Shown in pieces: positions 6,532 through 15,489 of a stretch of 24,061 nt of DNA. The translations under genes and the position numbers were made by a program. Location: positions 1 to 24,061 of the IMG/VR virus record IMGVR_UViG_3300017648_000017. One strand, written 5' to 3'. Within the stretch, counting starts at the first letter, position 1; every line of letters starts with the position of its first letter. Origin of the DNA: a virus (Duplodnaviria > Caudoviricetes). The notes under the pieces were generated by a model. It was given only the letters and a program-made list of their open reading frames with translations. It searched no databases and had not been told where the DNA came from.

Positions 6532-7557
6532 ATGACCGCGCTGCGCCGGATCAAGCCGCTCAAACTGCCGGACCTGGTACCGGCGACGATCGACGGCGAC
6601 AAGCCGTCACTGGAATGGGTGGCGCCGACGGCGCTGCTGGTCGACGGCACCTATCAGCGCGACCTGTCGGACCGCTCGCTGCGGCTGATCAAGCGCATGG
6701 TCAGCGAATTCAGCTGGAGCCGGATGAAACCGCCGATCGTGGTGAAGGCCGGGCCTGGCTCGCTGCATATCATCGACGGACAGCACACCGCCATCGCGGC
6801 GGCGACAATTGGCGTGCCGAAGATTCCAGTGTTCATCGTCCAGGCCGAGAATGTCGACGAACGCGCGCGCGCCTTCGTCGGCCACAACACCGATCGCGTC
6901 ACGGTGTCGTCGATCGACATCTATCGTGCGCTGCTGGCCTCGGGCGATCCCGACGCTCAGGACGTCGACAACGTCTGCCGGCGCGCGGGCGTGCGGATCC
7001 GCATCATCTCGCCGTCTTCAGCAATCGCGGAGGGCGACACCGCGGCCGTCGGCGTGGTGCGCGCGCTGGTGAAGCGCCGCGGCGTCATGCGGGCGCGCAA
7101 GGTGCTGCAGTGCCTGGTCAAGGCGCGGCGGAAGCCGATCGGCGCCTCAGAAATTCTCGCCGTCGATCGGATCGTCTGCGAGGACCGCCCGAACGTCGAC
7201 CTCGATGCGCTGACAGCCGCGATCGTCGTTGAGGGCGCCGCCGGCATCGCTCAGGCGGTTGCCGACGCGCGGCTGAAGCGCGTGCCGGTCTGGCGCTGCA
7301 TCAAGGATCGGTTGCTCGCCCGGCTGGGGGGGGGGGGCATGACGCATGACGCTCCGCGACGATTACGTCCAGGCACTCGAGCGGCAGATCGACGAGCTGC
7401 AGCACCGCGTCCGCGTGCTGGAGGAAATTACGGGCGCGGCGCTCGATGCGCCGCTCGAGCTCGGCCTGACGCGCAGCGAGGCCACCATTCTCGGCCTGCT
7501 CGCCAAAAACGAAATGGTGCGGAAGGCCTCGGTGCTGGAAATGCTCTACATGCATAA
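6532..7557 (+). CDS. ParB-N/DUF6551-like protein; natural end probably about 7342-7349, read through at the G12 tract
   Basis: LLVDGTYQRDL...PPIVV...IIDGQHTAIAA...ERARAFVGHN. The sequence after the poly-G is Arg/Ala-rich and overlaps the next gene. Confidence 0.8.
   Translation: MTALRRIKPLKLPDLVPATIDGDKPSLEWVAPTALLVDGTYQRDLSDRSLRLIKRMVSEFSWSRMKPPIVVKAGPGSLHIIDGQHTAIAAATIGVPKIPVFIVQAENVDERARAFVGHNTDRVTVSSIDIYRALLASGDPDAQDVDNVCRRAGVRIRIISPSSAIAEGDTAAVGVVRALVKRRGVMRARKVLQCLVKARRKPIGASEILAVDRIVCEDRPNVDLDALTAAIVVEGAAGIAQAVADARLKRVPVWRCIKDRLLARLGGGGMTHDAPRRLRPGTRAADRRAAAPRPRAGGNYGRGARCAARARPDAQRGHHSRPARQKRNGAEGLGAGNALHA
7326..7337 (+). repeat. G12 homopolymer
   Basis: 12 consecutive G followed by a tandem GCATGAC GCATGAC. 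Confidence 0.9.
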
Positions 7558-7723
7558 GCAGGATGAGGCCGAGATCAAGATCGTCGATGTCTTCGTCTGC
7601 AAGATTCGCCGCAAGTTGAAGCCTTTTGGCGTCGTGATCGATACTGTTTGGGGCCAAGGCTATTCGATGCCGGGCGCTAGCAAGATGATCGTCGACGGCA
7701 TGCTGAAGGCGCGTGCGGCATGA
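7346..7723 (+). CDS. CtrA-like OmpR/PhoB winged-helix protein lacking a receiver domain
   Basis: DEAEIKIVDVFVCKIRRKL...IDTVWGQGY compared with CtrA DEPELKIIDVFICKLRKKL...IETVWGRGY; N-terminal coiled coil. Confidence 0.85.
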   Translation: MTLRDDYVQALERQIDELQHRVRVLEEITGAALDAPLELGLTRSEATILGLLAKNEMVRKASVLEMLYMHKQDEAEIKIVDVFVCKIRRKLKPFGVVIDTVWGQGYSMPGASKMIVDGMLKARAA

Positions 7724-8820
7724 CGATGCTGGCGCAATACGATCGGGCGCGGGCGGCGCTGGCGGAAGCCACCAGGGTCGAGGAGGTGCTGCCGCTCCTC
7801 GACGAGCTCGAACATGTCAAGCTCTATGCCAAGCAGATCCGCGACAAGGCGTTGCTCGCTGACGCCTCGGTGTTTCAGCTTCGTGCCGAGCGACGCCTTG
7901 GGATCCTGCTCGCCGCCGCCAAGGAAGCCGGGCAGCTCGCCGAGAAAGGCCGCCGGCGCACGGCGACTGCTGATGACGGCGCGGTGCTGCCGGCGACGCT
8001 GGAGGAGATCGGCGTCGATCGCAAGCTCTCGGCCTCGGCGCAAAAGCTGGCGGCGCTGTCCGATCGCGATTTTGAAAGCGGCGTCGAGGCCACGCGCGAA
8101 CGCGTCATTTCCGGCCGCGCGAAGATCATCGATGATGCGCCTATAGCCGGTGCGCGCGCCGTCATGGCCGGCCGTGTCGAGGCCGAGGACAGTCTCGATT
8201 ACTTCCCGACACCGCCCTGGGCCACGCGAGCGCTGTTCGAGCATGTGATTCCGGCGATCGCCGAACCGTTGCCGATGGACAGCGCCTGGGAGCCGGCCTG
8301 TGGCGAGGGGCATATCGCCGAAGTGCTGCGCGAGTATGTCGGAATCGTTCATGCCAGCGATATTCACGACTACGGCTACGCGGCCGCGCGCGGCGACTTC
8401 CTGAAGGCCGACGCGGCCTCGGCGCCAGTGGTGGACTGGATCGTCACCAATCCGCCATTTGACGACGCCGCGATCGAATTCGTGCTGCGCGCGCGAGAGC
8501 TCGCGCCGAATGTCGCGATGTTCTTCCGCTCGCAATGGGCGGTCGAAGGTATCGGCCGCTATGAGCGGCTGTTCCGCGATGCGGCGCCGACGCTCTGCGC
8601 ATTCTTCGTCGAACGCGTGCCGTTGGTGAAAGGGCGCTGGGATCCGGATGCCTCGACCGCGACCGCCTATTGCTGGCTGTTGTGGTGCAACGACATCCCG
8701 CCGCGTCCGACGTTCTGGATTCCGCCGGGCTGCCGGGAAGGCCTCACCAAGCCCGACGATGTCGAGCGCTTCACGGCGCATCCGGTCCGCAGCCAGGTGC
8801 GGGAAGAGGAGGCGACATGA
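7720..8820 (+). CDS. amino (N6A/N4C) DNA methyltransferase with a helical N-terminal domain
   Basis: DYFPTPPWAT, WEPACGEG (motif I) and IVTNPPF (motif IV). Confidence 0.85.
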   Translation: MTMLAQYDRARAALAEATRVEEVLPLLDELEHVKLYAKQIRDKALLADASVFQLRAERRLGILLAAAKEAGQLAEKGRRRTATADDGAVLPATLEEIGVDRKLSASAQKLAALSDRDFESGVEATRERVISGRAKIIDDAPIAGARAVMAGRVEAEDSLDYFPTPPWATRALFEHVIPAIAEPLPMDSAWEPACGEGHIAEVLREYVGIVHASDIHDYGYAAARGDFLKADAASAPVVDWIVTNPPFDDAAIEFVLRARELAPNVAMFFRSQWAVEGIGRYERLFRDAAPTLCAFFVERVPLVKGRWDPDASTATAYCWLLWCNDIPPRPTFWIPPGCREGLTKPDDVERFTAHPVRSQVREEEAT

Positions 8821-9083
8821 ACTGCCCAAAGTGCGACGCAGATATCAGCGACAGCTACGAACCGGACGATTGGTCGGTCGGTATTAGTGCTGGGTGGTTT
8901 TGCGACGCTTGCGATCTGGCTATTGCGGATGACGGATCACGCGAGGCGCTGGAAGATGTAGCCATCGGGCTTACCGGCGATGGAACAGCGCGCGGAACAC
9001 CGATCTCGGAATTGTCGGGACGGCCGGGAGAGCCGGGGTTCGGTGAGTTCTGTCGGATCGCCAAGTCGTGGGGCTACGACTGA
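8817..9083 (+). CDS. zinc-ribbon protein
   Basis: MNCPKC...WFCDAC; GAGGAGG RBS; ATGA overlap. Confidence 0.75.
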   Translation: MNCPKCDADISDSYEPDDWSVGISAGWFCDACDLAIADDGSREALEDVAIGLTGDGTARGTPISELSGRPGEPGFGEFCRIAKSWGYD

Positions 9084-9085
9084 CC

Positions 9086-9421
9086 ATGACACGCGTTCGC
9101 CCGCAACAACGTCGCGCGCTGGAAACGATCGCCATCGAGCACGACGGTCATCGATTCAAGATCGGCGTCGGTCGCGAGTTCGCCGATCGGCGCGAGCTCG
9201 GCGCTCCGGTCGAAGTCTTCATCAATGCACAGAAGGTCAATTCGCTGCTCGATGCGCTGGCCTGCGACGGCGCCATCCTGATGTCGCTGTTGCTGCAGCA
9301 CGGCTGCTCGGCCGCAGATATCGAGCGCTCGATGAAACGCAACTCCGATGGTGCGCCGGCGTCGGTGCTGGGCCTCGCCGCATCACTCCTCAACCAGACA
9401 GCACACCCCCAGGGAGATTGA
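9086..9421 (+). CDS. stand-alone TSCPD-like domain protein (related to the class II RNR C-terminus)
   Basis: RR..ET...GHRFKIGVG...PVEVFINAQK..S.LDALA.DGAILMSLLLQHG...AS.LG. Confidence 0.7.
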   Translation: MTRVRPQQRRALETIAIEHDGHRFKIGVGREFADRRELGAPVEVFINAQKVNSLLDALACDGAILMSLLLQHGCSAADIERSMKRNSDGAPASVLGLAASLLNQTAHPQGD

Positions 9422-9424
9422 ACC

Positions 9425-11374
9425 ATGGATATCCAGGTGCCGCTGAACCAATTGCGGTTCGGCCATGAAGATCAGGAAGCGATCAACGCGCGTGTTGTCG
9501 GCCGCAATGACGATATCGCCGCGCTGGCTGCGAACCTAAACGCGCGCGGGCAGATTGAGAACCTGATCGTGAAGCGCAATGCCGACGGCGGCTATTCCGT
9601 CTCGAACGGCAATCGCCGTCTCGCGGCGTTCCACATGATCTACGGCGAAAGCAGCGATCAGCTCGTCAACTGCACCGTGCGCGACGTCGACGGCGCAGGA
9701 GCGTTCGAGGATTCGCTGACGACGGCCGTGACCGCGAAGCAGCTCCACCCCGTGGACCAGTACGAAGCCTTCGCGCGCCTTGCGGAGAGCGGAAAAGAAA
9801 ACGAGGAGATCGCCCAGCAGTATGGCTTGACCGACAAGGATGTGCAGCGTGCGCTGGCGTTGGGGCATCTGTCGCCGAAAGTACGCGACGCCTGGCGCCA
9901 CGGCGAGATCAAGGCCGAAGTGGCGCAGGCCTTCACGCTCGCCGCCACCCACAAGGCGCAGGACAAGCTGTTTGACAAACTGGCGAAACAGAACGGCCTT
10001 CATGCGCACGTCATCAGGCGGGAGCTAGGCGCGACCGATCGCGAAGTCGGCCAGCTTCTGCCGTTCGTCGGAGCGGACGCTTATCGCGCCGCCGGCGGCA
10101 CGGTGACCGTCGATCTATTCGGCGACGCACATATCGTCTCGGACCCGGCATTGCTGAAGCAACTTGCATCCGATCGGCTGCAGGAAGTCTGCGACAATCT
10201 GAAGGCGGAGGGCTGGGCCTGGGCGAAGTCAATGAGCGACCTGCCAACCGGCGCGCGCTGGTGGAAAAAAGTCGAGCCGAAGGCGTTGCAGTTTGACGGC
10301 GACGAAGAACAGCGGCTGAAGGCCCTGCAATCGGAGCGCAAGGCCCTCGAGGACCGCTATCAAAGCGACGATGAGGTTGACTATGATGAGTACGAGGAGG
10401 GCATGGAACGCCTCGATCGCGACATCAAGTTGCTCGAAGGAGTCGTGCGGGCGCGATCGTTCACCGATCGGCAGAAAGCTGCGGCCGGCTGCATCGTCGA
10501 TATCGACGAAGGTGCGTTGATCGTCACCTATGGCGTGCGCGAGCCGGAGGAAGTGAAGGCTTCCGGCGGTGATGCTGACGGCGGGAAAAAAGCGGCAGAA
10601 AAAGCTGCGAAGCGTGCACCTCCGGAAGATGTCGCTGACGCGGACATTTCCAATGCACTGAATCATCGCCTGACCGTAGCGCTCACCGTCGGCACGGCCA
10701 CGGCGCTCGCGCAGGATCATGAACTGTCTCTATGTGTAGTGCTCGCCGGCCTCGCTGCGTATGGTGGCCAAGGCGTCAATCTCACCGTCAGCGGTATGGG
10801 CGGGCGAACCCTCAACCTTTTCGGCACGTCCGAATTCTCTGACGCGTTGGCGCTCGCGCGGAAGCTGAAGCATGAGGAGCGCCTGGCGCTGGTCGCCGAA
10901 GTCGCCGCGGCCGCGTTGGATTTCCAGAACAAGCCGCTCGATCAGGATCCGACCGATCGGTTGCACGGTCCGCGCAGTATCTGCGCGGCGATCGATCCGG
11001 CGCTGCTCAATCCGGCGCTGCGTGGCGCGTTCGACGCGCGGGACTACTTCGGCGCGGTGCCGAAGCCTATTGCGCTGGCAGCGATTGCCGAAGCGCTCGG
11101 ACCCGATGCGGCCAAGCCGCTCGGCAACAAGCCAAAAGCCGACATTGTCGACTTCGCCGTCGCCAACGTGCCGGAAACCGGCTGGCTGCCGCCACAGCTC
11201 CGCGCGGCCGGCTATGACGGGCCGCCGATCGGCAAGAGCGTGAAGCTGCCGCCGGCGCGTAAAGCCAAGGCCGCGTCGACGAAGGCAAAGCCGCGCGCCA
11301 AGCCGGCCGCGAAGAAAGCGCCGGCAAAGAAGGCCACGAAAAAATCGGCGGCGAAAAAACGCAAGGCGGCCTGA
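9425..11374 (+). CDS. large ParB/RepB/Spo0J-family protein with a Lys/Ala-rich tail
   Basis: 649 aa; IAALAANL..RGQIENLIV, GNRRLAA, LHPVDQYEAF, an HTH, GWAW and WLP motifs, and a C-terminal AKKAPAKKATKK tail. Confidence 0.9.
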   Translation: MDIQVPLNQLRFGHEDQEAINARVVGRNDDIAALAANLNARGQIENLIVKRNADGGYSVSNGNRRLAAFHMIYGESSDQLVNCTVRDVDGAGAFEDSLTTAVTAKQLHPVDQYEAFARLAESGKENEEIAQQYGLTDKDVQRALALGHLSPKVRDAWRHGEIKAEVAQAFTLAATHKAQDKLFDKLAKQNGLHAHVIRRELGATDREVGQLLPFVGADAYRAAGGTVTVDLFGDAHIVSDPALLKQLASDRLQEVCDNLKAEGWAWAKSMSDLPTGARWWKKVEPKALQFDGDEEQRLKALQSERKALEDRYQSDDEVDYDEYEEGMERLDRDIKLLEGVVRARSFTDRQKAAAGCIVDIDEGALIVTYGVREPEEVKASGGDADGGKKAAEKAAKRAPPEDVADADISNALNHRLTVALTVGTATALAQDHELSLCVVLAGLAAYGGQGVNLTVSGMGGRTLNLFGTSEFSDALALARKLKHEERLALVAEVAAAALDFQNKPLDQDPTDRLHGPRSICAAIDPALLNPALRGAFDARDYFGAVPKPIALAAIAEALGPDAAKPLGNKPKADIVDFAVANVPETGWLPPQLRAAGYDGPPIGKSVKLPPARKAKAASTKAKPRAKPAAKKAPAKKATKKSAAKKRKAA

Positions 11375-11395
11375 TCGCGGGCTGGGGTTGGGGCA

Positions 11396-11668
11396 ATGGG
11401 CGAGGATCTGCATCACGGCGTCGTCGCGTTCGAGCCGCTGGCGCGCGGTCGCGAGGCCGTGATGCTCGGTCGCGTCCAGGTCGGCGAGATCTCGCCGGTC
11501 CACGATCCGCGCTCCATTTTTCCGATGTGCTTCCGTCTCGATCTGCCGAACGTCCAGACCAAGGCCTGGACGCCGGCGCGCGACGCCGACGATGCGCGAC
11601 GCCTGGTGCTGGCGCGCCTAAACGATTGGCTTAACGCCGCAGGCCTGCGGCCGATTGGGGGAATGTGA
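11396..11668 (+). CDS. phage hypothetical protein
   Basis: 90 aa, in the operon. Confidence 0.65.
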   Translation: MGEDLHHGVVAFEPLARGREAVMLGRVQVGEISPVHDPRSIFPMCFRLDLPNVQTKAWTPARDADDARRLVLARLNDWLNAAGLRPIGGM

Positions 11669-11916
11669 TGGATTACAATCAATTGCCGGAGATATCGAAG
11701 GAGGAACTCGTCGAGGCTGCCTTCTGTATTCTTGGCGGTAACGTCGCCGACGCGCGGCCCGATCAACTCGCGAGATGGATGACGATCACGAGTTACGCCT
11801 TCGATATCTGCCTGAATGAATTCGAGAGGCGCGGGCATCTCCAAAGCGAGAGCGGGATGCCGATCATTCCATATTGTAGCGAACACGCCGTTGAGACCGT
11901 GTTGACTCGACGATGA
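11665..11916 (+). CDS. phage hypothetical protein
   Basis: 83 aa, coupled to genes on both sides. Confidence 0.65.
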   Translation: MMDYNQLPEISKEELVEAAFCILGGNVADARPDQLARWMTITSYAFDICLNEFERRGHLQSESGMPIIPYCSEHAVETVLTRR

Positions 11917-12143
11917 GACCTCCCGGCACAACCACCCTTGCGCGCATGCGCCTGACGGCCGGCACCGCGGCCGGCGACATCGAGCGGATGCAGGATCATC
12001 TCGTCGACACCGGTGTACACGCCTCGCCGTCGGAGGCGGCGATCGCGCGGCGTGATGACTTTCATGGCATCGTGCGGCTGATCGATGAAATTCTTCATGA
12101 CGACAATCTCAAACGTGTCGTGCTTGAAAAGCTGAGGACCTGA
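11913..12143 (+). CDS. phage hypothetical protein
   Basis: 76 aa with ATGA and TGATG coupling. Confidence 0.65.
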   Translation: MRPPGTTTLARMRLTAGTAAGDIERMQDHLVDTGVHASPSEAAIARRDDFHGIVRLIDEILHDDNLKRVVLEKLRT

Positions 12144-13327
12144 TGGGGCTGATCAGCGACCAGGAGCTCGAGGATATCAAGGCGCGGCATAGCCTGGCCG
12201 ATATCGCCGGCGGCTATGTGAAGCTGCGGCGCGCCGGCATGCGCCTGGTCGGCCCGTGTCCGATCTGCGGCGGCAAGGCATCGTCGCAGCGCTTCGAGAT
12301 CCTTGCCGGCGGCGAGTCGTGGGTTTGTGCCGTTTGTCGCGAGGGCGGCGATGTCATTCGTCTGGTCGAGAAGGTCGATGGCTGCGACTTCCGCCAGGCG
12401 ATCGAGCGGCTCGGCGGCCGAGCCGTTGTCGATCCGGCCGAGACACAGAAACTGTTCGAGGCGCGCGAGGCCAAGCGTCTGGCGCGGGAGAAGGAAGCCG
12501 ATCGATATCGCGAGGCAGAGCGCAAGCGGCTGTACCGGCAATGGACCTCGGCGATGCCGATCGCCGGCACGCCAGCCGCTGACTATCTGACCGGGCGCGG
12601 GCTGATGGTGCCGGAGCATTGTCCAGGCCTGCGCTACCTGCCGTCGGCAATCTATTGGCACGGTGAGACGATCGATTCTCATGGCCGCAGCGGCCCGCGT
12701 GCGTTTCACACTGGTCCGGCGCTCCTGGCCGCCTTCATCCGCGCCGACGGCCGCTTCGGCGGCCTGCACATGACGTTTCTCGGCGCCGGCGATCCACCCA
12801 CGAAGGTGGAGCTGCACGATCCCGAATCCGGCGAGATGCTCCCGGCAAAAAAGATGCGCGGTTCGAAAGCCGGCGCTTACATCGAGGTGGCGCGGCCGCC
12901 AGCCGGTGTTGAAGCGGTTCGCCGTCTCGTGATCGGCGAGGGCATCGAGACCGTGTTGTCGTTGCGCACGGCGTTCATTTTCGGCGATCGCGATATCGCC
13001 GACATCGGATTTTGGGCCGCCGGCGATCTCGGCAACATGGCCGGCCGCGCAAGGGAAACCGTCGCGCATCCGGATTTGAAGACGCCGTCCGGACGGGCAC
13101 AGCGCGTGCCTGGTCCGGTGCCGGATCCCGACGACAAGGGGCAGACGATTCCGGATCAGGTCAGCGATCTGCTGCTGCTCGGCGACGGCGACAGCGAGCC
13201 GCTTTTGACGCAACACGCGATGACGCGCGCGGCGCGCCGCTACAGCTGCCCAGGTCGCACGATCCGCATCGTGTTCGCGCCCGCCGGCATGGACTTCAAC
13301 GACCTCCTGCAGAGTGACGACGAATGA
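12143..13327 (+). CDS. DNA primase (zinc finger plus TOPRIM)
   Basis: GPCPICGG...WVCAVC..GGDVIRLV; IGEGIET; LLGDGD; GMDFND. Confidence 0.9.
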   Translation: MGLISDQELEDIKARHSLADIAGGYVKLRRAGMRLVGPCPICGGKASSQRFEILAGGESWVCAVCREGGDVIRLVEKVDGCDFRQAIERLGGRAVVDPAETQKLFEAREAKRLAREKEADRYREAERKRLYRQWTSAMPIAGTPAADYLTGRGLMVPEHCPGLRYLPSAIYWHGETIDSHGRSGPRAFHTGPALLAAFIRADGRFGGLHMTFLGAGDPPTKVELHDPESGEMLPAKKMRGSKAGAYIEVARPPAGVEAVRRLVIGEGIETVLSLRTAFIFGDRDIADIGFWAAGDLGNMAGRARETVAHPDLKTPSGRAQRVPGPVPDPDDKGQTIPDQVSDLLLLGDGDSEPLLTQHAMTRAARRYSCPGRTIRIVFAPAGMDFNDLLQSDDE

Positions 13328-15489
13328 AGGGCGCGCGCGCAATCCTCGACCTCGTTGACGCGGCCGAGCCGTTTCTCGATCGGCCATCGCCGGTCGAACT
13401 CGATCCGGCCGAGATCCGCCGGCGCGGGCTCGAGGAGCTCAACGACATTCTCGCGAGGCTCGCGGCCGTTGATCTCGACGATCGCATGCAGGCGTTGATG
13501 TCGGCCGCCGAGGCGGTCGGCGGCCTGCTCGCCGTCGATGCCGTGCATGATGGATTCGCGCGCGCGGCGTTGGAACGCGCGGCCGGCGAAATAGGTCTGG
13601 TGCGCGACCACAAGATGAAAGGCGTGCGCGCGGCGATCGCGGCCGGCATCAAGGCCGGGAAGGCAAAGCCTAGCGACCTGGGGACGGCCGACTTCAAGCC
13701 GGCCAAGAAAAAGCGTCGGCCGCGACCAGCGGCCGGCCGATCCTCTTCACCTTCCTCCTCGCCGTCACCTTCTACGCCTCCCGCATCTTCCCCGCCGCCC
13801 GTCGCCGCCCCCGCACCCCCGGTCAAGGCGAGCAAATCGGCAAGCTCCCAAACGGGAGCTAATCCGGCGGCAGATGACCATGGGGGAGCGGGGGGAGGCG
13901 AGCCGCCTGACGACGCGGATGATGGTGATGATGGTGGCCGGGATGACGAGGCTGCCCGGCTGGATTTGCGGCTGGCGTTCTTTCCGCTGACCGACCTCGG
14001 GAACGCGGAGCGGTTTGTTGCGCGCAATCGCGGGCGACTCCTGTACTGTTCGGCGATCGGCTGGCTCGCATGGGACGGCAGGCGTTACAGCGCTGAAGGT
14101 GCTGAGGAACTGGTGAAGATCGCCGAGCACGATACGGTGCGCGCCATCCAGGCCGAGGCCGATGCGGTGCGCGAGAGCGGCCGAAGCGATCTCGGCGAGA
14201 AAGGCGGACGTGATTTCGTCTATGACGAAAAGCGTGATGGCACCGAAGTGATGTATTCCGACAGGATCGCGTCATGGGGCCGCGCGTCGGAGGCCGCTAA
14301 CAAGCTCGGCGCACTGTCGAAGCGTGGTGCACCGTATTTGTCGATCAGCGTCGACAAGCTCGATGCCGATCCAATGAAGATCAACGTTGCCAACGGGACG
14401 CTGGTTGTTCGTCGTGGTGTCGAGGGCGATTACATCACCTTCAAGCCGCACGATCCGGCCGATCTGATCACCAAGATTTCCCCGGTGAATTTCGACAAAG
14501 ATGCGACGTGTCCGATCTATGATGCGTTCCTCGCGAAGATCCAGCCGTCCGAAACCATGCGGCGCTTCCTGCACCAATGGGGTGGTCTCTCGCTGACCGG
14601 CGACACCAGCGAACAGAAACTTGCGTTCCTCTATGGCAAGGGGCGCAACGGCAAGTCCACGCTGGTTGATATCTGGAGCACCGTCGCCGGCGACTATGGT
14701 GAGACGGTGCCGATCGAAACGTTTCTCGATCACGGTAAGGCGCGCGGCGCCGGGCAGGCGACGCCGGACCTCGCCATTCTGCCCGGCAAGCGCATGCTTC
14801 GGACTTCGGAGCCGGAAAAGGGCTCGAAGCTGGCAGAGTCGCTTATCAAGCTGGTGACGGGTGGCGAGCCTATTCAGGCGCGCCACCTCAACCGCGATTT
14901 CTTCAAATTCTATCCGCGCTTCAAGTTGACGATGTCCGGCAATTCCCGGCCGCAGATCGGCGGCACCGACGAGGGCATCTGGCGCCGAATGCGCCTGGTG
15001 CCATTCAACGTCGCGATCCTGAAAGAAGAGATCGACATCCACCTCGCCGACAAGCTGCGGAAGGAAGCGAGCGGCATTCTCAATCGTCTGCTCGATGGCC
15101 TGCGCGACTGGTGCGACCACGGCCTCAGCGAGCCCGATGAAGTGATCGAGGCGACGGCGCAATACCGCAGCGACAGCGACCCGCTCGGCCGCTTCCTGCA
15201 AACCTGCGTCGAGGCCTCGAGCGGCTCGCGTGTGCAATCCAGCGTCATGCACGAGCTGTTTGACGCGTGGTGCAAATCATCGGGCGAAAAGACATGGAGC
15301 CCTCGCGGCTTCGGCCTGGCGCTAAAGGAGCGCGGCTTCGTGTCGAAGCAGTCCAATGTAATGTGGTGGCTGGACGTGAAACTGATCAAGTCGGTCGGCG
15401 AGTTCGTCGATGCCGATGGAAAGCCGCGACATTTGAATGCGGCCGATGACAAAGAGGAGAGCATCGATGCGGCTGATACGCCGTTCTAA
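13324..15489 (+). CDS. P4-family/D5-like SF3 helicase
   Basis: TDLGNAERF (D5_N), Walker A GKGRNGKST, IKLVTGGEPIQAR, DEGIWRR and a C-terminal wHTH. Confidence 0.92.
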   Translation: MKGARAILDLVDAAEPFLDRPSPVELDPAEIRRRGLEELNDILARLAAVDLDDRMQALMSAAEAVGGLLAVDAVHDGFARAALERAAGEIGLVRDHKMKGVRAAIAAGIKAGKAKPSDLGTADFKPAKKKRRPRPAAGRSSSPSSSPSPSTPPASSPPPVAAPAPPVKASKSASSQTGANPAADDHGGAGGGEPPDDADDGDDGGRDDEAARLDLRLAFFPLTDLGNAERFVARNRGRLLYCSAIGWLAWDGRRYSAEGAEELVKIAEHDTVRAIQAEADAVRESGRSDLGEKGGRDFVYDEKRDGTEVMYSDRIASWGRASEAANKLGALSKRGAPYLSISVDKLDADPMKINVANGTLVVRRGVEGDYITFKPHDPADLITKISPVNFDKDATCPIYDAFLAKIQPSETMRRFLHQWGGLSLTGDTSEQKLAFLYGKGRNGKSTLVDIWSTVAGDYGETVPIETFLDHGKARGAGQATPDLAILPGKRMLRTSEPEKGSKLAESLIKLVTGGEPIQARHLNRDFFKFYPRFKLTMSGNSRPQIGGTDEGIWRRMRLVPFNVAILKEEIDIHLADKLRKEASGILNRLLDGLRDWCDHGLSEPDEVIEATAQYRSDSDPLGRFLQTCVEASSGSRVQSSVMHELFDAWCKSSGEKTWSPRGFGLALKERGFVSKQSNVMWWLDVKLIKSVGEFVDADGKPRHLNAADDKEESIDAADTPF

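Noticed and set aside
7660-15252. Long antisense ORFs (7660..8829, 12095..13387, 14272..15252 and others)
   Set aside because: These are shadow ORFs of well-supported plus-strand genes in high-GC DNA and carry no recognisable motifs.
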